From Mobula hypostoma (Eukaryota), in NCBI RefSeq assembly GCF_963921235.1, contig NC_086108.1:103232001-103296000 (forward strand): a stretch of 64,000 nt of DNA, given 5' to 3'. A program made the translations under genes and the position numbers. Positions 24,630-36,774 of this stretch are shown piece after piece. Position 1 is the first letter of the stretch; each line of letters starts with the position of its first letter. The notes beneath the pieces are model-generated. The model searched no databases. It was given only the letters and a program-made list of their open reading frames with translations, and was not told the origin of the DNA.

Positions 24630-26880
24630 AGTTGTGCATTTGATATTTCTATAATAATTGAGTAATCTTGTATATATAATGTTTGATTAAGCATTCTTGT
24701 TCATTTAAATAATTATGGGTTATATGTAAAAATACGGTAATTGCATCTGCCATCATGATACCACGTAATGTGCGCGAGACTTGCTTAAAGTAAATTCGAA
24801 GCCAGATCCGCATTTCAGATTCCCGTGTCTTCCTTTCAATTAATTTAATCTTTTGAAGTTACAAAACATAACATCGGCAACGAGGTATTTTTAAAGTGAA
24901 CCCTAAACGATTACTGACCTTTTAAAGCAGAGCAAGGCGTTTGAACTACAAAAAAACCTAGTGAGTAAAAAAAAAGTCTTCAGAAGGGAAGACATGATTG
25001 AGCTTTTTTAATTCAAAACAGAAGAATTCATGTGTTCATAAAGAGAATGGAAGGATTCATAGATTCACAAAGAGAGAGTACCAAGTGATAATAATCATTC
25101 TTAAAAATCAGAGAAGAATGGCTACATTGGAAAGTTTGACAAGTTTGATTCCAGAATGGTTAATTGGCTCACGTATACTGAATTATTGGAACAGTATTTT
25201 GAAGCAAATGGAATAACTAATGCGATGCAAGTGCCAATTTAGCAAAGTGCATTGGGTTTACATGCATACAGTTTGCTTTGGAGTTTGACTGCTCCGACCA
25301 AACCTGCAGAGATAAGCTTTCCTGATATTGTTAAAGTAATGCAGGACTACTTAGAACCAACTCTGTTGTTGATTGCAGTACACTTTCAGTTTCATAAGCA
25401 GAATCAAAAAGAAGGGGAGTCCATTTCTGCGTCTGCGGCTGAATTGAAGAGACCTGCTCATCATTGTCCGTTTGGTAATTGGCTTTATGATACACTGAGT
25501 GATCATTTAGTTTGTGCAATCTTGCAAGAAATCACTCAAAAACAGCTCCTAACTGAAGAACAGCTTACATTTAAAAGAGCAGTGGAAATAGTTGTTTCAA
25601 TGGAAACCACAGAGACAGACAAATGGAGTTGCAGTCAGGAATGAAAGTGACCATGAATAAAATTGCAACATCTAAACAGAAACTGGCCTGGCTGAACAAA
25701 TTGTGCTACCATTGTGGCAGGGACTCACATACACCAAACAAATGAAACTTTAAGAAAATGCAAGAAAGTAGGACACATACAACGAGCATGTTGGGCAGAC
25801 AAAGATAAATGGACTGCACAGACAAGAGAAAAAGATAAAAGTTCAAGTCGCAGTTTCAAAAAGAGCACTCATCTGAATGCTGTTGGTGAAAACTCTGATA
25901 ATGATGAGAGTGACACAAGACTGTGTAACCTTGAGATTTACATTGTGAAAAATAATAATAGACAAACAATATGGCTCACGCCAGATGTGAATGGCAAATT
26001 AATTTGAATAGAATTGGACACTGGCTCAGCTCAGTCATTCCACAAAATGAGTTTGAATGGCATTTCAAAGATACTAAACTGCAGATATCCAACTGTGTAC
26101 ATACATCTATTGATGCTTCTGGACACATCTTCAGTGATGTTCCTGGAATCATCGGGTGTTTCGGGTCTTTCAACATCATACAACCTCCTCCAGGTGACCC
26201 AGCGGGGGCTGATCAGACCTCAGCTTGTGTCCAGATGGCTAGCTACTTATGACTCCATGGCTCCCCTCTTTTGAGCCACAGCCATCTTGAGGCCCTCTCT
26301 GCTGCATCGGTGGTACTGCAGATGGCTCTCCTCTTCCTCTCTCCCTCGATGCCCAAAATGCTGAAGGCTCTAACTAAAGAACGGGCTACGAATCCCCTAC
26401 AACCATCCTCCACTGGGAGACAACTCGCTCTCCATCCAGCCTGCTGACAATTGCTGACCAGTCCTGCGTACCTGGAGAGCTTCCTTTCATAGGCCTCCTC
26501 CAAGTTATCTTCCCATGGGACTGTCAGCTCCAGCAGCACCACTTGCTTAGTAGCCTCAGACACTAGGACAATGTCTGGTCGCAGGGTGGTTCTCGAGTAA
26601 GAACTTATACTAGAGTAAAAATAACTCCTGTAGGAATGACTCCGTAACAGTGAAATATAATGTCCAATAAGCCACACTGAGCTTGAATGTGGTAAAAACA
26701 GAAAGACCAGCATTGGGAGAGTGTGATTGGCTGAGACAACTGCAACTTGACTGGAGATCCATTCACCATTTGCATGCCACATCCTTCCAATAAAGTCAAC
26801 TAAAAGCAAATTAAGAGAAGTATTAGATGACATCACAACTGTCTCAATGCTGAACACCATGAGCTATTGCCCAACAAAGG
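24630..26880 (+). mobile_element. Degenerate Gypsy/Ty3 LTR retrotransposon 5' part (LTR, PBS, gag, protease)
   Basis: LTR ends ...ATAACA at 24873, then PBS-like TCGGCAACGAGG. Gag remnants (LEQYFEANG, YSLL.SLTAPTKP), zinc-knuckle remnants (KCKKVGHIQRAC), protease ELDTGSA. Interrupted at 26095-26597. Confidence 0.85.
26095..26597 (-). mobile_element. 5'-truncated non-LTR retrotransposon with restriction-like endonuclease (R2 superfamily, Hero-like)
   Basis: Open frame LRPDIVLVSEATKQVVLLELTVPWEDNLEEAYERKLSRY...LPVEDGCRGF (PD-(D/E)xK fold) plus 3' UTR. Gypsy sequence resumes on both sides. Confidence 0.8.
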
Positions 26881-29800
26881 TTGGTGCCAACCTCAGTACC
26901 CCTGGTTGAAATCCTATTGGACCAAAGAAGGACCATGCTGCTCAGAGGAAGTGTAAAAGTGATGAAAGCAGTGGTCCGACTACAACAGTTTTTGTAGGCA
27001 ACCGATCTGAGAAAGCTTAATCAGGCAGTTACTTGTGAAATGTGTGTTGGTTTTAAACTGGAAGCAAGTTCAAGGAACTTCAGAAAAGTTGCAAGCATTC
27101 AGTTTTTGTGAGTAAAAAGAACCAGAATCTACTCTGTGTGAATTAAGGTTATTGCATTAACTTCAGGCGGGTGTCAAAAAACTGCTCATAAAAGTAAATG
27201 GAAAGACCAGCTGAATGAATGGATGTAACGAGAATATTTTAAAATTCAAATTTCAAAGTTCAAAGTAAATTTATTATCAAAGTACAAATATGTCATCATA
27301 TACTACCCTGAGATTCATTTTCTTGTTCAGTTTAGCGTTGAGGTGAGTGAAGTTATCCACATTAATTCATGAGTCTGAAGTTTGTAGAGGTAAAAGCTGT
27401 TCCTGAACCTGGTGGTGTGGGACCTAAGGCCTCCGTGCCTCCTGCCCAAAGCTATATCTCCTTCGTTCCTTGTTCTTTTCTGATTCAGTAGCATTTTTCT
27501 CACTTTCATAACCTACAGCAGAAATGGCCAGTTCTGATGCAAAGAGAGAAAGTACTGAAGCTGTTGAATTCAGTACTGAGACTGGAAGGTTGCAACGTGC
27601 CCAGGTGCAAGGTGAGGTGCTGTTCCTCAAGTTTACATTGAGCCTCAGTAGAACAGTGTCGGAAGCCACAGGTAGAGAAGTCAAAGCGGTGGGCAACAGG
27701 ACGCCGGGGTTTACTATTACACTCTGAACTCAGGTGTGCCACCATGGAGCGATCTGACTTGGACTCTGGTCTCACCTGTAAGCCCCTCTCATCCTTGTCC
27801 CTAAACCCTAACCTGACCCCTCATCCCTGTGTTCTCCCCAAAACCATCTCGTGTGTGCCACAGAGTGGTCACACAATCTGCCTTTGGTTTCTCCAAGGTG
27901 GAGGAAATCACTTTCTGGACACTGAATACAGTACACGTGATTCGAATCAACCATCAGGCTCTTGAACAAGAGGGGATAACTTCACTCACCCCAATACTGA
28001 ACTGTTCCCACAACCTGTTGGCTCACTTTCAAGGACTCTTCATCTCATATTCTTGATATGCATTGCCTATCTATTTATTTATTTATTATTTTTTTTAAAA
28101 TTTCTTTTTTATGCATAGCTTGTTGTCCTTTGCGCATTTGTTGTTTGTCAGTTCTGTTGCATGCAGCCTTTCATTGATTCTATTATGCAAATGCCCACAA
28201 GAAACTGAACCTCAGGGTGTGTGTGATGACATGTATGTACTTTGATAATAAATTTACTTCGAACTTTGAACTTGATAAGTAATTCATGCTTCACCTGAAG
28301 GACTGTTTGAGTCACTAAATGGCAGGAAGAGAGGAGGCGAAAGGGTCGATGTTGTGTCTCCTGCAGTTACTTGGGAAAGAGCAATGTCCTTCAAGGTCTT
28401 GGCCCAGACCTAGTTGATTTTTAGGCTCATAGGGATGGTTTTGGGGACAGCATAGGAATTAGAGGTTAGGGTAGGGTTTAGGGACAGGTGTAAGGAGGAG
28501 TTAGAGGTCAGGCCAGGGTTTAAATCGGAGCACTCTGCAGTTGAAGGCCGGTGATCCCCACCGATGGATGGCAGGGGGGTAAGCAGTGTGGACGGAAGAC
28601 CGATGATCCCCATGGTCAATCACTGACATCAAAGGGTTCCATGGACAAGGGCAGGTTACCTTCCCCGCAGTTGTCGAGTCCCTCTAGGTAGGCAGGTGCC
28701 AGTATTGGAGGTTCATGCAAGCTAGAGGCTCGAGGGTCGGTGACTCCCCACCCACCCACCCCACCTAGGCTGGCGAATACCAGAGTTGGAGTTCAAGGTC
28801 TGAAATTCCTTCTCCCATGAACGGCTAATCCTGAGGCTGACTGTCAAAGCTCAAAGGCCAAAATCAGCAAGTCGGGAAGTCAAGGTCTCATGGATGAAAT
28901 TTAATGTCTGAAGGCCAGAGGCCTGATGTCTGTGTGTCTACAGAAGGCTGAAGGCCCAGAGGAAGCCTGGTCTGGGTTGGAGAACAGTCTGGGTGTGTGA
29001 CTGGGAAGACAGGAGGGAGGGAGGGAGGAAAGGGGCTTGTTTTCCTGTTTTATTGTTGTTCTTTTGTTGTTTGTGTTGCTCTGCTGGACATTGCGGGCAT
29101 GCTACGTTAGCACTGTGATGACGCTTGCGGGCTGCCTCCGGCACACTACTGGGTGTGTTGATTGCTATTGCAAAAAACAGATTTCATGACATGTGAGTGA
29201 TAATAAGCCTGATTCTGATATGGGTCTCTATCGCCTATTTGCCCTGGTTTCCTACCGCCATCCAGGTAGCTTAATTGGTCATCATAAATTGCCCCATGAT
29301 TAGATTAGGGTTAAATTAGGGTTGTCGCAGGTTGCCGGGGGGACGAAGCTTGAAGGGCAGAAAGGCCTACTCTGTACTGTCTCGCTAGGTAAATAAATAA
29401 ATAAATAAAATGAATCAATTCCTGAGATACACCTCAGAGTGAGAAGGTACATTGATGTGTGTTTGGATAGAGAGAGGAACTTACAACTTCTGGAGGAGAA
29501 AGGTGAAGAATCTCCCCTCTGAGCATAAAACTATTCTATCTCATTTCATTCTATGGGGCAACACAGTATGTAGCATTTAGCGTAACACTTTACAGCACCA
29601 ACTGTATTATTAGGGTTCAAATCCCTCAGTGGTCTACAAGGAATTTGTACCTTCTCCTGATGAACGTGTGGGTTTTCTCTAATGCTCTGGTTTCCTCCCA
29701 TCTTCCAAAAGGGTACAGGCTAGAGTCAGTAAATTATCAGCATGCTGCAATATGTTGGTGCTGGAAGTGTGGCAACTCTTCAAAGTTCAAAGTTCATTTA

Positions 29801-30581
29801 TTATCAAAGTATGTATACTATATGCAATCTTCAGATTTATCTCCTTACAGACAGCCACAAAACAAAGAAACCTAATAGAACCATTAAAAAAGACCGTCAA
29901 ACACCCAATGTGCAGGAAAAAAAACAAATCATGCAAACAATGAAAATAAGAAAGTAACATTCAGAACTGAAGTTCATGAAAGTGAGTTTCAGCCACAGAG
30001 CCAGTCTCAGCCGCTGCAGGCCACTGCATCAGTTCAGTGCAGAAATGAGAAAACCTCGCAGAGCAGTGAGCTGAACACCAGCCCCAACACCCTGACCTTT
30101 CCAATCTGGCCCGGCACTTAAATCGGTCAAACCTCGGGTCATTACTCGCTCTCAGACCTGGACCCTGCTGCTTCAATAAGCTTTCGGACCTAAGACCTGT
30201 CGCCTCAATTCGGTCTATACTGTGCCCGGCTTTTCCTATTCAGTCAGTTGCTCCAATCCATCAGACCTTGGCTTTTCCTCACACTCAGGTCCAGTTCATG
30301 TTGTTTCAACTGTGCCTTGCCTCGGTTCTGCTGCTTCGAATTGCCTCCGTCCTCTCCAGCAGCTCAAACATTGTTCCCTGCTCTCATGCTCAGGCCCCAC
30401 TGCCTCAGTTCAGCCTGACCACGCTACGTTGCAACCGTCCTGCATCTTCAAGGCTTCCGTTCAAACTGCAAAAATGCCAGGTCATACAAGCGATTCAAAA
30501 GCTCAACTCCAGAAGGCTGCTCCCAGCAATCCTCGGACTTTGTCAGTTGTTAAATCAAACAAAGCACTTCACGGTATGATA

Positions 30582-30976
30582 GCAACACACATCAAAGTTG
30601 CTGGTGAACGCAGCAGGCCAGGCAGCATCTCTAGGAAGAGGTGCAGTCGACGTTTCAGGCCGAGACCCTTCGTCAGGACTAACTGAAGGAAGAGTGAGTA
30701 AGGGATTTGAAAGTTGGAGGGGGAGGGGGAGATGCAAAATGATAGGAGAAGACAGGAGGGGGAGGGATAGAGCCGAGAGCTGGACAGGTGATAGGCAAAA
30801 GGGGATACGAGAGGATCATGGGACAGGAGGTCCAGGAAGAAAGACGAGGGGGGGGCACCCAGAGGATGGGCAAGGGGTATATTCAGAGGGACAGAGGGAG
30901 AAAAAGGAGAGTGAGAGAACTGAAGAGTGACTAAGGGATTTGAAAGTTGGAGGGGGAACTGAAGGAAGAGTGAGTA
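30582..30976 (-). mobile_element. Young Penelope-like terminal-repeat insertion with a hammerhead-like motif
   Basis: 13-bp TSD TCACGGTATGATA (30569-30581 and 30977-30989). Terminal sequence is shared with many decayed copies in the window. Confidence 0.75.
30644..30681 (-). ncRNA. Candidate minimal type I hammerhead ribozyme
   Basis: Minus strand UAGUC-CUGACGA-A-GGGU(CUCG)GCCU-GAAA-C-GUC-GACUG: conserved core, stems I and II, palindromic ACGU in place of stem III. Confidence 0.6.
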
Positions 30977-32699
30977 TCACGGTATGATACGATGTTTTGA
31001 AGTACAGTACGTGTGACAAATAAAGCTCACCTTGAAACCTTCTTCAGAACGTCAATGGTGCAGCCAAAATTACTAATGAATGTCCACACCCATTTGCATT
31101 ACCAAAGTAGTGACAAGATTTATTCTTGTACCTCCATAATCGGCAGGTTGGGATGGTACATGACTTCATGAAAAAATCAAAGCCAACAGTGTTCCCACTG
31201 TGTATTGGTGGCTTGGTAAATCCTTCCGTGTGTGCTGCAGGTTATGCATATTGTGGCTGTAGATGTGTGGATGAATTTTAGTCAGGGCTGTAAACCAAGA
31301 TGATTGCTCTGTTCCTGAATCCTCAGATCCTTAATACAGAACAGAAACAGGCCTTTTGGCCCATCTACTCGGTGCTCAATTATTATTTTACCTAGTTCCA
31401 TTGACCTGCACCCAGAAGGTGCCCAGAACTGCACATAATTCTTCAAATTAGGCCTAATCAATGTCTTACACAACTTCAACATATCATCCCAACTCCTGTG
31501 CTCAAAACTTTGGTTATTGAGGCCAATACACCAAAAGCTTATTCCTTGACCCTTCATCCTTGGAGGTAGGGTGATAGTGAAGGCGTATGACATGTTTGCC
31601 TTCATCTGCTGAGGTGCTGACAATGAAGTCAGGAAGTCATACTGTGGCTACATAAAGCTTTGGTTAGGCCACATTTCCACTATTGTGTTCAGTTCTGCTC
31701 ACTGCTTTACAGGAAGAATATGGAAGTATACCAGGATTAGAGAGTATTAGCTACAAGGAGAGGTTGATCAAACTTGGATTGATTTCTCTGGAGTGTTGGT
31801 GGCTGATGGAGCAATCTGATAGAAGTTTATAAGATTTTGAGAGGCATGGATAGTTTAGATAAGTTTTTTCCCCAGGGTCATCATCATTATCATTATGTAC
31901 CATGTCATATGAGGTCTCAAGACCATGATTGGCCTAGGAGAGTCTTTCTACAGAAGTGGTTTGTCATTGCCTTCTTCTGGGCAGTGTCTTTACAAGATGG
32001 GTGACCCCAACCATTACCAATACTCTTCAGAGATTGTCTGCCTGGCTTCACTGGTCACGTAACCAGGACTTGTGATATGCACCAGCTGCTCATACGACCA
32101 TCTACCACCTGATCCCATGGCTTCACATGACCCTGATCGGTGGGCGAGGGTGAAGATTAAGCAGGTGCTACACCTTGTCCAAGTTGACCTGCGGGCTAGC
32201 GGGGGAAACGAGCGTCTTACACCTCCTTTGGTAGAGATGTACCTCCACTCCGCTACCCTTGGTAGGAGTGTCAAAAACTAGGGGGCACATGTTGAAGGTA
32301 AGAGGGGGACAGCTTGAAGGAGATTTATGAGGTAAGTTTTATTACACAAAGGGTGATAGATGCCTGATACAAGCTGCCTGGGAAAGTGGTAGAAGTAGAG
32401 GTGACGGTAATACTTAAAGAGGCTTTTAGACAGATACATGAACAGGCAAGGAATGGAGAGAAATGGGCAATGTGCAGGCAGATGGGATTACTGTAATTTA
32501 ATTTGGCTCATGGCTGACACAGACATTATGGGCCAAAGAGGCTGTTCCTTTGAATCAGAATCAGGTTTATTGTCACTGACACATATTACGTGAAATTTGT
32601 TGTTTTGTAGCAGCAGCACTGCGCAAGGTATAAAATTAGCATAAGTTACAAAAATAAATAAAGCGAGGAAAGGAGTGACAAGATCATGGTCATGGTTTC

Positions 32700-34450
32700 A
32701 TGGAGAATTAGGCCATTCAGCCCATCAAGTCTGCTCTATCATTTCATCATGGCTGATCCAAATCTGACTTTACCACATTCTCCTGCCTTCTCCACATAAC
32801 CTTTCATACCCCGACTAATCAAGAACCTATCAACCTCCAACTTAAATGCACCCACTGTCCTGGCCTCCACAGCCTCATGTGGCAATGAACTCCACATATT
32901 CCCCACCTTCTGGCTAAAGAAACACCTCCTCATCTCTGTTCTAAATAGATGTCCCTCAATTTTGTGGTTGCGCCCTCTGGTCCTAGACTCCCCCACCACA
33001 AGAAACATGTCCATTCTATCTATGCCTTTTAACATTCAATACATGGCAATGAGATTCCCCTCTCTTTCTTCTAAGTTCCAGCAAGTAAAGGCCCAGAGCT
33101 TTCAATTGCTGCTCATATGATGTCTTTCATTCCCGGCATTCTATCCTTGCTTTTATATTGAAATGAATGTTAACCTCACACTTGCCTTCCTCCCCACCAA
33201 TTAACCTTTAGAGAATCCTGCAAGAGGACTCCCAAATCCCTTTTCACCTCAGATTTTTGAATTTTTGCCCTATTTTAAAAATGGACTATGCTTTTATTAC
33301 TTCTACCAAAGCGCATACATTTCCTGACATTGTATTCCATCTACCACTTCTTTGCCCATTCTCCTAATCTGTCTAAGTCCTTCTGCAGCCTCTCTGCTTT
33401 CTCAATACTACCTGCCCCTCCATCTATCCTCATATTGTCTGAAAACTTGGCCACAAAGCCATCAATTCCATCATTCAAATCACTGACAAACAACATAAGA
33501 AGAAGCAGTCCTAACATAGACTCCCGTGGAACACCACCAGTCACCGGCAGCCAGCCCAGAAAGGATCCTTTTATTCCTACTCTTTGCTTCCTGCCAATCA
33601 GTCACTGCTTTATCCATGCTAGAATCTTTGCTATAATACCATGGGCTTCTAACTTGTTAATCAGACTCATGTGTGGCACCTTGTCCGAAGACTTCTGAAA
33701 ATCCAAGTACAGAACATTCAGCAATTCTCCTTTGTCTATCCTGCTTGTTATTTCTTCAAAGAATTCCAACAGATTTATCAGGCAAGATATTCCATAAGGA
33801 AACCATGCTGACTTTGGTCTATCTTGGCTTGTGCCTCCAAGTACTCGAAACCACGTCCTTAAACAATCAAATGCAACATTTTCCCAACCACAGAGTTCAG
33901 GCTTACTGGCCTATATTTTCCTTTATTCTGCCTCCCTCACTTCTTAAAGAGTGGAGTGACATTTACAATTTTTCAGTCTTCTAAAACCATGCCAGAATCT
34001 ATTGATTCTTGAAAGATCTTTACTAATGCTTCCACAATCTCTTCAGCTACCTCTTTTAGAACCCTGGGGGTGTAGTCCATCTGGTCCGGGTGACTTATCT
34101 ATCTCCAGACCTTTCTGTTTCCCAAGCACCATCTCCCTAGTAATAGCAACTGCATTCACTTCTGCCCCTTGACACTCTCGAACTTGCGGCATACTATAAG
34201 TATCTTCCAAAGTGAAGACTGATGCAGACTATTTATTTAGTTCATCCACCATTTCCTTGACCCCCATTATTACCTCTCCAGCATAATTTTCCAGTGGTCC
34301 AATACCTAGTCTCACCTTTCTTTTATTCTTCATGTATCTGAAAAAACATTTGGTATAATTGTTGATATTATCAACTAGCTTATCTTTATATTTCAATCTT
34401 TCTCACCTTATGGTTTTATTTGATTTGCCTTCCATTGGATTTTAAAGTTT
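32700..34450 (-). mobile_element. CR1 LINE ORF2 fragment (degenerate)
   Basis: KSPGPDG, GVP.ES.LG, FVAKF.D, RLQKDLDRLGEWAKKW and 3' end motifs. Confidence 0.88.
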
Positions 34451-34839
34451 GCATTAAAATGTTGACCATGGTAGATCCTCCAAGATGTTGGTGCCCAGGA
34501 ACTTGAAACTGCTCATCCTTTCCACCAATGACTCCTCAACTCAATGACGCCTGGTGAGTGTTTCCCTGACTTCCCCTCCCTATATTCTCCATTCTACACG
34601 TTATGTTATATTAACCCTTCCAAGTCAAACTCTTGGGTTTGAGCTGCACTCCAAAGATCTCAAAGTTCAGAGTAGCAAAGTATATACTGTATACGTCACC
34701 ATATACAACCCTTGCGGACATACTCAGTAAATTCACAGAAACACAACAGAATGAATGAAAAATGCACACAAGGTACAAAAACAAAACCAATGTGAAAGGC
34801 ACAACACACTGTGCAAATATAAATAATAATAATAAGGGA

Positions 34840-35420
34840 CCAGGTGGTTAACACTAAGGTTATCAAAAATATATACTAGAAGACCAACAAATTCAAGATG
34901 GTAAATGTAGAAAATGCCAAGAAAAGCCAGAAACAATCCAACACATTACAGAATCCTATAGCAGTTTAACACAATCTGATTACCTACACAGGTAAAATCA
35001 AGTGGCAAACATCATTCATCAAACCTTTGTTTTCAAATACAAACTGATAAATGAAAGCACATCTTACTATAAATACAGGACTGATCCAGTGTTAGAGCCA
35101 AAATACCACAAATTATATTATGATTGATCAGTTATTACAGATAGGATAATCAATAGTAACCATCTGGATATAATACAGGATAGCAAGCAAAAACAACTTA
35201 TTTAATAGACATAGCTATTCCAAACACACATAACTTACAGAAATCAATAAGTGAAAAACACCAGAAATATGCTGAATTAAAAGAGAAAATTGAAAGACTT
35301 TGGAACATGAACGAGCTATAAATTGTCCCAATAGTAATATCTACAACTGGTGTCATCCCAAAGTCACTACACAATCGCATTAAACAATTAGGGTTACACA
35401 GTAATATCTATGTATATCTT
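34840..35420 (+). mobile_element. R4/Dong-like non-LTR retrotransposon C-terminal fragment
   Basis: ETIQHIT..., DYLHR..QVANIIHQ, then TYLIDIAIPNTHNL...EKHQKYAEL...IVPIVISTTGVIP (RLE domain), with stops. Confidence 0.7.
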
Positions 35421-36774
35421 CAATTTCCATACTTTAGGATTTACCAGCTTGAGCTGAGAAAAAAGTTTCAAAATAAATAAACAAACAAACAAGTAAATCA
35501 ATAAGAAATAAGTATTGACAACATGAGCTGAAGAATCCTTGAAAGGCAGTCAATAAGTTATGGAAACAGTTCAGTAATGAAGTTAAAAATGTGGAGGAAA
35601 AGAGTGGGGGTCCTCAAGAGAAAAATTAAGGAGTTAGGTAGAAATCTGAAAAGCAGGACCTCCAGGGTCGCAATCTCTGTCCCATGTGCCAGTGAGGATA
35701 CGAATAGGATAATCTGGCAGATGAATATGTACTGAGAAACTGGTGCATGGGATACGGTTTCAGATTTATGGATCATTGGGATCTCTTCTGGGGAAGATAC
35801 AATTTGTACAAAAGGGACTGATTATACTTGAACCTGAGGAGGTCTGATATCCTTGTGGGCCAATTTCCAAGAGCTGTTGGCATGGGAATGGGAAACAGAG
35901 AGATGGTGCTGAGAATAGAGCTGTTAGTTTACAAGCAGAGGTAGTGTGTAGTGAGACTGTCAAGAAAGAAAGTAGATGATATGGCAAAATTGCAGTTAGT
36001 GGGATGAGTTGGTGTGGAAAAAGAGAGACAAAATTGAAAAGGGTGATGGATATAGGACTGAAGATGTTATATTTGAATGCATACAGTAATGGAATGAAAA
36101 AGGTGATCTTGTAGAACAGTTAGAGATTGTCAAGTATGATGTTGTAGGCATTTCTGAGTCATGGCTGAAAGAAAATTATAGTTGGGAATTTAACATCCAA
36201 GGATACACATTGTGTTGAAAGGACAAGAAGGTAGTCAGACGGGGTGGTAAGAATGAAATAAAATCCTTAGAGGTGATATAAGATTGGAAAATGTAGAATC
36301 CTTGTGGGTACAGTTAAGAAACTGCAAGGGCAAAAAAGTGGTGAAACAGACTTTTAACATTGTAAACCAGCGGGTTGTCGTTATGTCTCCCGCTCGCTGT
36401 GACACCTCCTTCTCCCTTGCCAGGGAGAGAGAGAACCTGTGGTTTGTCGAATGTCGGATGAAATGTGAAGCCTTTGGGGTAACTGCTAGGTCTGTGTCTT
36501 TGCTATTGCTTAGCTCACGCTTGGGCTCGGTGACAGCACCAATGTGCCTCTTTTTTTGCTGGTGGGGGGAGTACAATGACTTACACAAAGGGGGAGGAGC
36601 TGGGGAGGACTTTGGGGTTCTCATGTTTAACTATTCTTCATTCTTTGGGGCACTTCTCTGTTTTCCTGGATGTTTGTGAAGAAAAAGCATTTCAGGATGT
36701 ATATTGTATACATTTCTCTGACATTAAATTGAACCTTTGAACCTCTTTAGGTAAAAAGACCCTGATGGGAGTTA

